DNA of 64,000 nucleotides from a phage: sequence record PZ452583.1; one strand, written 5' to 3'. Shown here in pieces: positions 12,267-23,252 of this stretch (the stretch's first letter is position 1; every line of letters begins with the position of its first letter). The notes below the pieces were generated by a model. That model was not told where the DNA came from and did not search any database. It saw only the letters and a program-made list of their open reading frames with translations. The translations under genes and the position numbers were made by a program.

Positions 12267-13127
12267 TTACACCGCCATTTTTCCTTTAATTGGCGGATGA
12301 GATACATAGTTGTTAAGAACAAAATTATGAGGCTTTGCAAATTGACTCAACCAAAATACCTGCGATTCTGTGTCCCATTCATCAAATTCATCTGGAAATT
12401 TTAATTGTAATTCGCATAAATCCATAGGTTCACGACGTAAAATTTCTTTACATTGTTCTACGTGATTCATATAGATATGAGTATTACCACCAGAAAATAT
12501 CAAATCTCCAGGAATAAGATTACACATTTTAGCTACAATATGAACTAACGTAGCATATGATGCAATATTAAATGGAAGACCGAGGAAAACATCTACCGAA
12601 CGTTGATACCACTGCAAATCTAAATAGCCATTACGCACATTAAACTGATAGAACATATGACAAGGCGGTAATGCCATATATTTAAGTTCAGCTGGATTCC
12701 ACGCAGAAACAATTTGACGCCTATCATTTGGCAGTTTTTTAATACGATCAATAACTTCTATAATTTGATCTACACCGCCAAAATCACGCCACTGTTTTCC
12801 ATAAATTGGACCAAGTTCACCGCTATGGTATCCTAAATCTTTTGCTTGATTTTCGTAATTTTCATCCCAGACTGTTTTGCCTTGAATTAATGAATCATGT
12901 TGAATTAATCGCAAATCATTGACATTTGTGCTTCCTGATAAAAACCATATTAGCTCAGCAATGCATGCATTCCAGGCGAGCTTCTTAGTTGTTACTGCAG
13001 GAAAACCTTTAGTTAAATCCCATCGTAATTTAGTACCGAACAAAGCAATTGTTCCTGTGCCTGTTCGATCATCGGTTTCATAGCCATTTTCAAAAATGTC
13101 TTTAATTAAATCTTGGTATTGTTTCAT
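12267..13127 (-). CDS. td: Thymidylate synthase, intronless
   Basis: 286 aa uninterrupted; TS motifs; T4 td carries a group I intron with I-TevI, absent here. Confidence 0.93.
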   Translation of the reverse strand: MKQYQDLIKDIFENGYETDDRTGTGTIALFGTKLRWDLTKGFPAVTTKKLAWNACIAELIWFLSGSTNVNDLRLIQHDSLIQGKTVWDENYENQAKDLGYHSGELGPIYGKQWRDFGGVDQIIEVIDRIKKLPNDRRQIVSAWNPAELKYMALPPCHMFYQFNVRNGYLDLQWYQRSVDVFLGLPFNIASYATLVHIVAKMCNLIPGDLIFSGGNTHIYMNHVEQCKEILRREPMDLCELQLKFPDEFDEWDTESQVFWLSQFAKPHNFVLNNYVSHPPIKGKMAV

Positions 13128-13172
13128 TTAGTACCTTATATAAATTATAATACATTTTATGAAGCTGAATAA

Positions 13173-13520
13173 TCAATACGGTTTAGCATCAAATTTTCTC
13201 TCAATTTCAGGTGTGAAATATAATTCTTTACCGCGTTTGGAAAAGCGACCAATAATATGATAATTATTCTCATCAAACGTGATATTACCAATATCCATAG
13301 CTTTCAACCAAATATCGATATTTCTATCCAGCTTTATGTCAAAATTCCAATACGGAGAACTATTACCGAAAATACTACAAGCGGATTCAGTGAAACAGCT
13401 ACTATAAATCTTATCTTTAGGAACTACTAATTGATAGACACCTTTAATAAACTGAGGACCTTGCCATTTTGGCTGTTTCTCATCTTTTTCTAATAGAATA
13501 GGGTAATAATTAAAATTCAT
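13173..13520 (-). CDS. Hypothetical 115-aa protein between frd and td
   Basis: ORF track; in T4 frd and td overlap directly, so this is extra relative to T4. Confidence 0.55.
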   Translation of the reverse strand: MNFNYYPILLEKDEKQPKWQGPQFIKGVYQLVVPKDKIYSSCFTESACSIFGNSSPYWNFDIKLDRNIDIWLKAMDIGNITFDENNYHIIGRFSKRGKELYFTPEIERKFDAKPY

Positions 13521-13539
13521 ATTTCCGCCGCGCGTTATT

Positions 13540-14362
<823 letters not shown>

Positions 14363-14366
<4 letters not shown>

Positions 14367-14722
14367 ATTACCTCCCACTGAAAGGGGCCAGAAGCAAATC
14401 CGCTATCTTTAATCATTTTAACTAAAGTTACCATTCCTCTGTTAACTGCTTGTGCAATTTCATCAAAAACTTCATCACTATCACCATAAAGATCGCTAAA
14501 AAGTTCTAACACGTTCTTCTGAACTTTTAATTTACAGCCAACAAATTCGCCTACAGTAAATTCGTTTCCACCAATTCCAGCGTAAAACGTAATTACACCA
14601 GTTAACTGTCTTTCACTAGAACATAGGTCGTGTGATAAATTAATATAAGCCGTCCCGGATGCAGTTTTAAGTTGGCAACGAATATTTACTCGAGCAATTC
14701 CAGCTACACGAATGTCAGACAT
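14363..14722 (-). CDS. Hypothetical protein (frd.2-like)
   Basis: 119 aa; GAGGA SD. Confidence 0.6.
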
Positions 14723-14732
14723 AATATTTTCC

Positions 14733-14975
14733 TCAAACAGACTTTTTCACAATTTTCCAATCAGCTTTAAACTGCTCGACGTCAGAATGGTAAATCCAGA
14801 ATCCTGCGCTTTCTCCATCCTCATAAAGAGGGCATCTATCACATTCATCTTCCCATCCCATATCACGCAAAAGATGTTCAGCTTTTTCAACAAGTTCAGA
14901 ATCTTTACCGATGATATTAAAATACCATTTACCTCTAACTTCCGAATCTTTGATGCTCTGACGTTGTAATCTCAT
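14733..14975 (-). CDS. Hypothetical protein (frd.3-like)
   Basis: 80 aa; GAGGAG SD. Confidence 0.6.
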   Translation of the reverse strand: MRLQRQSIKDSEVRGKWYFNIIGKDSELVEKAEHLLRDMGWEDECDRCPLYEDGESAGFWIYHSDVEQFKADWKIVKKSV

Positions 14976-15001
14976 TTTATTCTCCTCAAGTTGATAAGGC
15001 T

Positions 15002-15031
15002 ATAGTATCATTACCATAGCCTGATGTAAAC
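15002..15031 (-). promoter_or_regulatory. T4-type early promoter (GTTTAC / TACTAT)
   Basis: GTTTAC, 18 nt, TACTAT on minus strand. Confidence 0.55.
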
Positions 15032-15033
15032 AT

Positions 15034-15294
15034 TTATTTTTGAATTTTATCGAGCCACTTACCAAGCTTAATCATTTCTTTAGTAGCCTTTTCCATACTT
15101 CTGAACTTAACCAATAGAGGATAGGTATCGACACCCATAACTAAACTGGTTACAAGACTGTGTTCACCCACAAGCCATAATGAATACGTTTGAATATCGA
15201 GTCCGTAATTTCTGTCTTTATGGACCCGTACACCCATCACTTCAAATTTCTCACTAGCTTTTTCTACCGCATCCAGGAAATCATCTTTAGTCAT
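15034..15294 (-). CDS. Hypothetical protein
   Basis: Track ORF 15034..15336; likely start at internal ATG. Confidence 0.5.
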   Translation of the reverse strand: MTKDDFLDAVEKASEKFEVMGVRVHKDRNYGLDIQTYSLWLVGEHSLVTSLVMGVDTYPLLVKFRSMEKATKEMIKLGKWLDKIQK

Positions 15295-15295
15295 A

Positions 15296-15682
15296 TTAGG
15301 CCTTAAAAGTTTTTCGCAAAAGTTCAATGATTTCATCTACATTGTTTTCATCAACAATGCAGTGAATTTTTGTTACGTCATAAACCTTGTCTTCGACTTT
15401 ATCTTCTTCAGAAGTTGGTTCTTTATATTCGCGGAAACAATAAAACTCTTCTTCACTAAGTTCAAAATAATCATCACCCATACCATCATCATTATAGATT
15501 TCACCGTTAGCACAAATGATTTCGGTTACATAATCAAAGCCATCTAAACTTAATATTGATTTAACTTCAAACCAACCACCATTTTCTTGAATGATGCCGA
15601 CCATATTAGCATTTGATGAACTAATATCAATGAAAGATTTAATACGGTGTGGATTTAACTCATATTTTTTGCCGATTTCCAT
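15296..15682 (-). CDS. Hypothetical acidic protein
   Basis: Track ORF 15296..15697; ATG MEIGKK has GAGGAAAA SD. Confidence 0.55.
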   Translation of the reverse strand: MEIGKKYELNPHRIKSFIDISSSNANMVGIIQENGGWFEVKSILSLDGFDYVTEIICANGEIYNDDGMGDDYFELSEEEFYCFREYKEPTSEEDKVEDKVYDVTKIHCIVDENNVDEIIELLRKTFKA

Positions 15683-15727
15683 TTTGATTTTCCTCATTTT
15701 AATAGGGGCTTAATAGCCCCTTGATAA

Positions 15728-15954
15728 TTATTGTTCAATCAGTCCCATGTAAAATTCTGCGTCTTCAGAATCCATGCCATCACAATATTCATTAGCCATA
15801 AAGCGGGTGAGGTCTTCAAGAGGACCTTCAACAACAATTTGAATACTCCAAAATTTAGAATCTTGCACACTTGTGATACTAAGTTCAGGATAACGATTAC
15901 GAATAATCTCTTCAATATATTCAAAATCAACAATGTCAATATCAACTTTAGCCA
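15728..15954 (-). CDS. Hypothetical acidic protein
   Basis: Track ORF to 16018 spans the promoter; [12 protein letters not shown] has AGAGGA SD. Confidence 0.55.
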
Positions 15955-15998
15955 TATTATTTTCCTCTTTAATCATCAGCAGTATTGCCGATAGTTGT

Positions 15999-16028
15999 AT
16001 AGTACCATGGAAGGACAAGGATGTAAAC
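15999..16028 (-). promoter_or_regulatory. T4-type early promoter (GTTTAC / TACTAT) with conserved leader
   Basis: GTTTAC, 18 nt, TACTAT; shares leader motif with 33141 and 36779 loci. Confidence 0.6.
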
Positions 16029-16050
16029 CGTTTTGTGAAAAAAATTTTTG

Positions 16051-16078
16051 AAATAAAAAGGGGACCTCTAGGGTCCCC
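16051..16078 (-). terminator. Rho-independent terminator downstream of gene 32
   Basis: GGGGACC/GGUCCCC stem plus U-run on minus-strand RNA, right after gene 32 stop. Confidence 0.7.
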
Positions 16079-16100
16079 AATTAATTAGTAATATAATCTA

Positions 16101-17009
16101 TTAAAGGTCATTCAAAAGGTCATCCAGGTCCGTGTCATCAGCACTAGATGAACTACCAGAGCTTGAGCTCATAAAATCATCTTCAGTTTTTGTATTGAAG
16201 TCATCAACATTGAATGCATCCAAATCATCAGCAACTTTATCAGCTTTCTTAGCAGCAGTTGCAGCAGCACCGCCCATCACAGCAGTTCCCATAACTTGAC
16301 CGAATTTAGTGCTCAGTTCTTCAAACGATTTGAATTTATCTTTAGAAGTCATTTCAGAAAGGTCAACCATTTGTTCGAACAGTTCTTTCTGGAAAGATTC
16401 ATCGTCAATGTTTGGAATCGCAGATTGATTCAGGAATTTAGATTCATCGTAGTTACTAAATCCAGAAACTTGTTTAACTTTCAGTACAAAGTTAGCACCT
16501 TCCCACGGACAAGTTACATCAACCGGAGTTTCACCCATTTCAACATCAACTGCAATCATTGCGTTGATTTTATCCCAGATTTTCTTACCGAAACGGTATT
16601 TAAATACTTTACCTTCATTTTCTGGAGCAGCTGGGTCTTTTACTACAAGAATGTTAGCCCAGTAAGAAGTTTTACGTTTAACAAGACTGTACTCTTTATT
16701 GTCAGTGTTGTACAAATCATTTTTACTGATGTACTGACATACTGGACAAGAATCGTAATCACCGTGGGTAGATGAGCAATTTTCGATATACCATTTACCG
16801 TTTTTCTTGAAACCGTGATTTACAAGAATTGCGAATGGTGCTTGTTCATCATTTTTAGACGGAAGAAAACGAATTACTGCTTGACCGTTACCCGCATTGT
16901 CGAGTTTCAGTTTCCACTCGCCTTTATCTTCAGAAGAAAAACCACCTTTATTTCCAGCCAATTTAGCCATTTGTGCAGCGAGTTCAGCAGTAGATTTACG
17001 TTTAAACAT
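16101..17009 (-). CDS. 32: gp32 single-stranded DNA-binding protein
   Basis: 302 aa; sequence [23 protein letters not shown]... matches T4 gp32; acidic C-terminal tail. Confidence 0.95.
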   Translation of the reverse strand: MFKRKSTAELAAQMAKLAGNKGGFSSEDKGEWKLKLDNAGNGQAVIRFLPSKNDEQAPFAILVNHGFKKNGKWYIENCSSTHGDYDSCPVCQYISKNDLYNTDNKEYSLVKRKTSYWANILVVKDPAAPENEGKVFKYRFGKKIWDKINAMIAVDVEMGETPVDVTCPWEGANFVLKVKQVSGFSNYDESKFLNQSAIPNIDDESFQKELFEQMVDLSEMTSKDKFKSFEELSTKFGQVMGTAVMGGAAATAAKKADKVADDLDAFNVDDFNTKTEDDFMSSSSGSSSSADDTDLDDLLNDL

Positions 17010-17092
17010 TTTTATTTCCTTTTTAATTTAATTAACAGTTGGTGCTATGACGATGTATGACCTCATAGCTGGTCAGTGAGATAATTATAATC
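17010..17092 (-). promoter_or_regulatory. Gene 32 5' leader (translational operator region in T4)
   Basis: A/T-rich leader upstream of gene 32; autoregulatory function in T4 is established knowledge, structure not verified here. Confidence 0.4.
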
Positions 17093-17100
17093 TATTTATA
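17093..17100 (-). promoter_or_regulatory. T4-type late promoter TATAAATA upstream of gene 32
   Basis: Exact TATAAATA on minus strand ~85 nt upstream of gene 32 ATG. Confidence 0.55.
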
Positions 17101-17108
17101 ATAAGCAA

Positions 17109-17762
17109 TTAATACTTACAAGATTTCACAGTTTCAATAAAAACTTTTTTAGCTTCCTGTGAATCAATATTTAAAATTTTTCTATAAGCCTTTAATTTTA
17201 TAGAATAATTATTCCAGACTAAATTATCAGTCTGTTCATCATGTTTATCAATTATATTTAAAAACGAATCAAGCAAGATAAACGTCTCAAACGAAATTAT
17301 ATTTGATTGAAGTAGTTTAAAAATATAACTTGATTGAACTTTTGGATTATACTCAAAAATTTCTTTAAAAGCAGAAACTTCAACTTTTTTACTAAAATAA
17401 TAAATGTTGCGAATATCTTCTTCAAACTTAAATTTAATTTGCTTTAAGCGTCCGATATATTCACGATAAAACACAAGTGCATCAGCGTCAGAGATGTCAC
17501 CAATCCAAGCATCTTGGTTAGCAACCAAATTACTTATAAAGATTAAAGCAAGTTCCTTTAATTTATATTTTTCTGATAACTTCTGGAAAAAATACTTATC
17601 CCTTCGCTTTTGATAAGCGGCATCAGACACCCGCATGCACCAATTATACTTAATAACATCATACTTTCCATTCATATGTTGTTTTATCATTAAGTATAAT
17701 TTATAAACTGATTTACCATCAATATATCTTTCACCACCAGCAGGCATGCGGAGTTTAATCAT
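17109..17762 (-). CDS. 59: gp59 helicase loader
   Basis: 217 aa, equals T4 gp59; position between 33 and 32. Confidence 0.9.
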   Translation of the reverse strand: MIKLRMPAGGERYIDGKSVYKLYLMIKQHMNGKYDVIKYNWCMRVSDAAYQKRRDKYFFQKLSEKYKLKELALIFISNLVANQDAWIGDISDADALVFYREYIGRLKQIKFKFEEDIRNIYYFSKKVEVSAFKEIFEYNPKVQSSYIFKLLQSNIISFETFILLDSFLNIIDKHDEQTDNLVWNNYSIKLKAYRKILNIDSQEAKKVFIETVKSCKY

Positions 17763-18097
17763 AGTAGAAAATCTAATGTATTAGTTTTTTCACAACGAAC
17801 AACAGAAGGACGTAAAAGATTTTCGTCAATGGCTTCTGACTGAATTTTTTCAATTATACCCGAAGGAATAAATTTAGCAAATTGAGTTTCAGGAATAGAA
17901 TTTTCTTCCAAGAATGCTGTCGTAGCTTCAAGATAACTCATTCCAAACTCTTCTACCATTTTTTCAATAATAAATCCATTTTCTTGACGATCAAGAAGCT
18001 TTGCGATTTCATCTTTTTCCTTTTTAAGGGAAAGTTCTTTTTCTGAAAGCCCGGCCTCATCGACCGGGCGAATATCATTTAGAGAAAACTGTGTCAT
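17759..18097 (-). CDS. 33: gp33 late transcription co-activator
   Basis: 112 aa from ATG; track start is TTG; position as in T4. Confidence 0.85.
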   Translation of the reverse strand: MTQFSLNDIRPVDEAGLSEKELSLKKEKDEIAKLLDRQENGFIIEKMVEEFGMSYLEATTAFLEENSIPETQFAKFIPSGIIEKIQSEAIDENLLRPSVVRCEKTNTLDFLL

Positions 18098-18344
18098 AAA
18101 GTTCAACTACCTCTTCAGTTTCAGCTTCAAACACATCACGGTTATCTTTATGATACAAAGCTAATAGACGATTAAACATCTTACCATCAACGCCAAGTTC
18201 ATCTTTAGCACGAATTCGAATATCTTTAATCAGTTCATTATAACCGGAAATTTTCAGTTTATGATCAGATGCTTCTTTAATAAATTTAGCCAAGTCTTCG
18301 CCGTGGATAGCTTCATCAAATTCAACCATTTCTTTTTTAGCCAT
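18075..18344 (-). CDS. dsbA: DsbA double-stranded DNA-binding protein
   Basis: 89 aa, equals T4 DsbA; position between rnh and 33. Confidence 0.85.
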   Translation of the reverse strand: MAKKEMVEFDEAIHGEDLAKFIKEASDHKLKISGYNELIKDIRIRAKDELGVDGKMFNRLLALYHKDNRDVFEAETEEVVELYDTVFSK

Positions 18345-18352
18345 TATTCACC

Positions 18353-19270
18353 TCAAAATTCATTAATGCTATTAGTTAATTTAGAAAGACCCGCTTTTAC
18401 AAAATATGAATAAATTTTGCCACGCGGTGGTAATTTATATGAATTATAGTAATTCACAATGTTTGAAGCAATATTATCAGGAATATAATCAAAATCAATT
18501 AGAACTAAATTTTCTTTATAACGATTATATTCAGATTCTGTGAGAAGCACCTTAGCTTGCTCACGGTCATTAGCAATAGCTTCAACGATTGAAGTTTTCA
18601 TTGAAGGAGTTCGTTCACCTTCAACTTTGGTAAACCAAAAGTCAGATCGTACTTTAACTGAAGCAACGTTATCCTTTTTGTCACCCTTAAGGATTTTAGT
18701 CATACAGTCAATTTCAGCAGAACCGCTTTTAATTTTAACCCATTTCTTATGCATCGGCGACCATTGCTTAACATTTGGATATTTGTGAAGTTGAGTAAAG
18801 TCACCATCCGATGAAATGATTAAAATCTTGTGTCCTTCTAAAGAGAACTTTTTAACAAGAACAGCAATGTGGTCATCTGCTTCATACTTATCAATATCCA
18901 TAACAATGTATGGCATATAAGCTTTCAATTCATCTATAACTTTATGGCTGGATTCAAAATAACCTTCCCAGTCCCAAGTAGATTCTTCTCGTGCTTTTCC
19001 ACGGTTTTTCTTATAATAATACGCGAAATCACGACGCCAGTATCCAGATTTCGCGTTATCAATACACAGTACAATTTTAGTGTATCCAAGAGTTTTTGCT
19101 TTTTTGACATTAAACTTAATTGAGTTCAATATCAAATGACGAACCATTGATAAATTAATTTTTTCTTTATCTGGGAAGTTTACTAAAGCAGTTGAAAGCG
19201 CAATTTGACTAAAGTCAATAAAGCAAATTCCTTCTTTATAATCTTCATCCAACATCATTTCTAAATCCAT
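18353..19270 (-). CDS. rnh: RNase H (5'-3' exonuclease, FEN family)
   Basis: 305 aa from ATG MDLEMMLDED... with GAGG SD; matches T4 RNase H. Confidence 0.92.
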   Translation of the reverse strand: MDLEMMLDEDYKEGICFIDFSQIALSTALVNFPDKEKINLSMVRHLILNSIKFNVKKAKTLGYTKIVLCIDNAKSGYWRRDFAYYYKKNRGKAREESTWDWEGYFESSHKVIDELKAYMPYIVMDIDKYEADDHIAVLVKKFSLEGHKILIISSDGDFTQLHKYPNVKQWSPMHKKWVKIKSGSAEIDCMTKILKGDKKDNVASVKVRSDFWFTKVEGERTPSMKTSIVEAIANDREQAKVLLTESEYNRYKENLVLIDFDYIPDNIASNIVNYYNSYKLPPRGKIYSYFVKAGLSKLTNSINEF

Positions 19271-19299
19271 ATGAACCTCGTTCAATTAGTGAGATTTCT

Positions 19300-19329
19300 A
19301 TTATATACCATCCAAATCTTAAAGTAAAC
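19300..19329 (-). promoter_or_regulatory. T4-type early promoter (GTTTAC / TATAAT) for rnh
   Basis: GTTTAC, 18 nt, consensus TATAAT on minus strand. Confidence 0.65.
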
Positions 19330-19332
19330 AAG

Positions 19333-19340
19333 TATAAATA
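19333..19340 (+). promoter_or_regulatory. T4-type late promoter TATAAATA for gene 34
   Basis: Exact TATAAATA ~35 nt upstream of gene 34 ATG. Confidence 0.7.
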
Positions 19341-19374
19341 CTTATTATTGAAAACACAATAGGAGCCCGGGAGA

Positions 19375-22300
19375 ATGGCCGAGATTAAAAGAAAGTTCAG
19401 AGCAGAAGATGGTCTGGACGCAGGTGGTGATAAAATAATCAACGTAGCTTTAGCTGATCGTACCGTAGGAACTGACGGTGTTAACGTTGATTACTTAATT
19501 CAAGAAAACACAGTTCAACAATATGATCCAACTCGTGGATATTTAAAAGATTTTGTAATCATTTATGATAACCGCTTTTGGGCTGCTATAAATGATATTC
19601 CAAAACCAGCAGGAGCTTTTAATAGCGGACGCTGGAGAGCATTACGTACAGATGCTAACTGGATTACGGTTTCATCTGGTTCATATCAATTAAAATCTGG
19701 TGAAGCAATTTCGGTTAACACTGCAGCTGGAAATGACATTACGTTTACTTTACCGTCTTCTCCAATTGATGGTGATACTATCATTCTCCAAGATATTGGA
19801 GGAAAACCTGGAGTTAACCAAGTTTTAATTGTAGCTCCAGTGCAAAGTATTGTAAACTTTAGAGGTGAACAGGTACGTTCAGTACTAATGACTCATCCAA
19901 AGTCACAGCTAGTTTTAATTTTTAGTAATCGTCTGTGGCAAATGTATGTTGCTGATTATAGTAGAGAAGCTGTAATTGTAACACCAGCGAATACTTATCA
20001 AGCGCAATCAAATGATTTTATCGTACGTAGATTTACTTCTGCTGCACCAATTAATGTTAAACTTCCAAGATTTGCTAATCATGGCGATATTATTAATTTC
20101 GTTGATTTAGATAAACTGAATCCACTTTATCATACAATTGTTACTACATACGATGAAACGACTTCAGTACAAGAAGTTGGAACTCATTCCATTGAAGGCC
20201 GTACATCAATTGACGGTTTCTTGATGTTTGATGATAATGAGAAATTGTGGAGATTGTTTGACGGGGATAGTAAAGCGCGTTTACGCATTATAACGACTAA
20301 TTCTAATATTCGTCCAAACGAAGAAGTTATGGTATTTGGTGCGAATAACGGAACAACCCAAACAATTGAGCTTCAGCTTCCAACTAATATTTCTGTTGGT
20401 GATACTGTTAAAATTTCCATGAATTACATGAGAAAAGGACAAACAGTTAAAATCAAAGCTGCCGGTGAAGATAAAATTGCTTCTTCAGTTCAATTACTGC
20501 AATTCCCAAAACGCTCAGAATATCCGCCTGAAGCTGAATGGGTTACAGTCCAAGAATTAGTTTTTAACGGTGAAACTAATTATGTTCCAGTTTTACAACT
20601 TGCTTATATTGAAGATTCTGATGGAAAATATTGGGTTGTACAGCAAAACGTTCCAACTGTCGAAAGAGTAGATTCTTTAAATGATTCTACTAGAGCAAGA
20701 TTAGGCGTAATTGCTTTAGCTACACAAGCTCAAGCTAACGTCGATTTAGAAAATTCTCCACAAAAAGAATTAGCAATTACTCCAGAAACATTAGCTAACC
20801 GTACTGCTACTGAAACTCGTAGAGGTATTGCAAGAATAGCAACTACTGCTCAAGTGAATCAGAACACCACATTCTCTTTTGCTGATGATATTATCATCAC
20901 TCCTAAAAAGCTGAATGAAAGAACTGCTACAGAAACTCGCAGAGGTGTTGCAGAAATTGCTACTCAGCAAGAAACAAACGCAGGAACAGATGATACAACC
21001 ATCATTACTCCTAAAAAGCTTCAAGCTCGTCAAGGTTCTGAATCATTATCTGGTATTGTAACTTTTGTATCTACTGCAGGTGCTACTCCAGCTTCTAGCC
21101 GTGAATTAAATGGTACGAATGTTTATAATAAAAACACTAATAATTTAGTTGTTTCGCCAAAAGCTTTGGATCAGTATAAAGCTACTCCAACACAGCAAGG
21201 TGCAGTAATTTTAGCAGTTGAAAGTGAAGTAATTGCTGGTCAAAGTCAAGAAGGATGGGCAAATGCTGTTGTAACGCCAGAAACGTTACATAAAAAGACA
21301 TCAACTGATGCAAGAATTGGTTTAATTGAAATTGCTACGCAAAGTGAAGTTAATACAGGAACTGATTATACTCGTGCAGTCACTCCTAAAACTTTAAATG
21401 ACCGTAGAGCAACTGAAAGTTTAAGTGGTATAGCTGAAATTGCTACACAAGTTGAATTCGACGCAGGCGTCGACGATACTCGTATCTCTACACCATTAAA
21501 AATTAAAACCAGATTTAATAGTACTGATCGTACTTCTGTTGTTGCTCTATCTGGATTAGTTGAATCAGGAACTCTCTGGGACCATTATACCCTTAATATT
21601 CTTGAAGCAAATGAGACGCAACGTGGTACACTTCGTGTAGCTACACAAGTTGAAGCTGCTGCAGGAACATTAGATAATGTTTTAATAACTCCTAAAAAGC
21701 TTTTAGGTACTAAATCTACCGAATCGCAAGAAGGTGTTATTAAAGTTGCAACTCAGTCTGAAACTGTGACTGGAACGTCAGCGAACACTGCTGTATCTCC
21801 AAAAAATTTAAAATGGATTGTGCAGAGTGAACCTACTTGGGCAGCTACTACTGCAATAAGAGGTTTTGTTAAAACTTCATCTGGTTCAATTACATTCGTT
21901 GGTAATGATACAGTCGGTTCTACCCAAGATTTAGAACTGTATGAGAAAAATAGCTATGCGGTATCACCATATGAATTAAACCGTGTATTAGCAAATTATT
22001 TGCCATTAAAAGCAAAAGCTGCTGATACAAATTTATTGGATGGTCTAGATTCATCTCAGTTCATTCGTAGGGATATCGCACAGACGGTTAATGGTTCACT
22101 AACCTTAACCCAACAAACGAATCTGAGTGCCCCTCTTGTATCATCTAGTACTGCTACGTTTGGTGGATCAGTTTCGGCAAATAGTACATTAACTATTTCT
22201 AATACTGGAACGGCAACTCGTCTGATTTTTGAGAAAGGACCTCAAACTGGAACTAACCCAGCACAGACGATGACTATCAGAGTTTGGGGAAATCAGTTTG

Positions 22301-23244
22301 GTGGCGGATCAGATACAACGCGTTCTACTGTATTTGAAGTTGGTGATGAAACATCTAATCACTTTTATTCTCAACGTAATAAAGATGGGAATATAACGTT
22401 TAGCATTAATGGTACTGTGATGCCAATAAATGTTAACGCTTCAGGCACGTTAAATGCGAATGGCGTTGCAACATTCGGTCGTTCAGTTACAGCCAACGGT
22501 GAATTCATTAGCAAGTCTGCAAATGCTTTCAGAGCAATTAGTGGTGATTACGGATTCTTTATTCGCAATGATGCTGCTAATACCTATTTTATGCTCACTG
22601 CATCCGGTGATCAGACTGGCGGATTTAATGGATTACGTCCTTTGTCTATTAATAATGCATCTGGCCAAGTAACGATTGGTGAAAGCTTAATCATTGCCAA
22701 AGGTGCTACTATAAATTCTGGTGGTTTAACTGTTAACTCGAGAATTCGTTCTCAAGGTACTAAAACATCTGACTTATATACCCGTGCGCCAACATCTGAT
22801 ACTGTAGGATTCTGGTCAATTGATATTAACGATTCAGCCACTTATAACCAGTTCCCGGGTTATTTTAAAATGGTTGAAAAAACTAATGAAGTGACTGGAC
22901 TTCCGTACTTAGAACGTGGCGAAGAAGTTAAATCTCCTGGTACACTGACACAGTTTGGTAACACACTTGATTCGCTTTACCAAGATTGGATTACTTATCC
23001 AACGACACCAGAAGCGCGTACCACTCGCTGGACACGTACATGGCAGAAAACCAAAAACTCTTGGTCAAGTTTTGTTCAGGTATTTGACGGAGGTAACCCT
23101 CCTCAACCATCTGATATCGGTGCTTTACCATCTGATAATGCTACAATGGGGAATCTTACTATTCGTGATTTCTTACGAATTGGTAATGTTCGCATTATTC
23201 CTGACCCAGTGAATAAAACTGTTAAATTTGAATGGGTTGAATAA
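19375..23244 (+). CDS. 34: gp34 long tail fibre proximal subunit
   Basis: 1289 aa, equals T4 gp34; internal repeated motifs; SD GGAG. Confidence 0.95.
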   Translation: MAEIKRKFRAEDGLDAGGDKIINVALADRTVGTDGVNVDYLIQENTVQQYDPTRGYLKDFVIIYDNRFWAAINDIPKPAGAFNSGRWRALRTDANWITVSSGSYQLKSGEAISVNTAAGNDITFTLPSSPIDGDTIILQDIGGKPGVNQVLIVAPVQSIVNFRGEQVRSVLMTHPKSQLVLIFSNRLWQMYVADYSREAVIVTPANTYQAQSNDFIVRRFTSAAPINVKLPRFANHGDIINFVDLDKLNPLYHTIVTTYDETTSVQEVGTHSIEGRTSIDGFLMFDDNEKLWRLFDGDSKARLRIITTNSNIRPNEEVMVFGANNGTTQTIELQLPTNISVGDTVKISMNYMRKGQTVKIKAAGEDKIASSVQLLQFPKRSEYPPEAEWVTVQELVFNGETNYVPVLQLAYIEDSDGKYWVVQQNVPTVERVDSLNDSTRARLGVIALATQAQANVDLENSPQKELAITPETLANRTATETRRGIARIATTAQVNQNTTFSFADDIIITPKKLNERTATETRRGVAEIATQQETNAGTDDTTIITPKKLQARQGSESLSGIVTFVSTAGATPASSRELNGTNVYNKNTNNLVVSPKALDQYKATPTQQGAVILAVESEVIAGQSQEGWANAVVTPETLHKKTSTDARIGLIEIATQSEVNTGTDYTRAVTPKTLNDRRATESLSGIAEIATQVEFDAGVDDTRISTPLKIKTRFNSTDRTSVVALSGLVESGTLWDHYTLNILEANETQRGTLRVATQVEAAAGTLDNVLITPKKLLGTKSTESQEGVIKVATQSETVTGTSANTAVSPKNLKWIVQSEPTWAATTAIRGFVKTSSGSITFVGNDTVGSTQDLELYEKNSYAVSPYELNRVLANYLPLKAKAADTNLLDGLDSSQFIRRDIAQTVNGSLTLTQQTNLSAPLVSSSTATFGGSVSANSTLTISNTGTATRLIFEKGPQTGTNPAQTMTIRVWGNQFGGGSDTTRSTVFEVGDETSNHFYSQRNKDGNITFSINGTVMPINVNASGTLNANGVATFGRSVTANGEFISKSANAFRAISGDYGFFIRNDAANTYFMLTASGDQTGGFNGLRPLSINNASGQVTIGESLIIAKGATINSGGLTVNSRIRSQGTKTSDLYTRAPTSDTVGFWSIDINDSATYNQFPGYFKMVEKTNEVTGLPYLERGEEVKSPGTLTQFGNTLDSLYQDWITYPTTPEARTTRWTRTWQKTKNSWSSFVQVFDGGNPPQPSDIGALPSDNATMGNLTIRDFLRIGNVRIIPDPVNKTVKFEWVE
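20776..21780 (+). repeat. 34: Internal protein-level repeats within gene 34
   Basis: Recurring motif ITPKKL-x-R/T-ATE-TR/S-RG/G-IAEIATQ-x-E-x-NAGTDDT at least five times in translation. Confidence 0.7.
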
Positions 23245-23252
23245 GAGGTATT

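Noticed and set aside
16296-16775. 159-aa plus-strand ORF inside gene 32
   Set aside because: Lies entirely antisense within the well-supported gene 32; low-complexity F/N-rich translation typical of AT-rich antisense frames; no SD.
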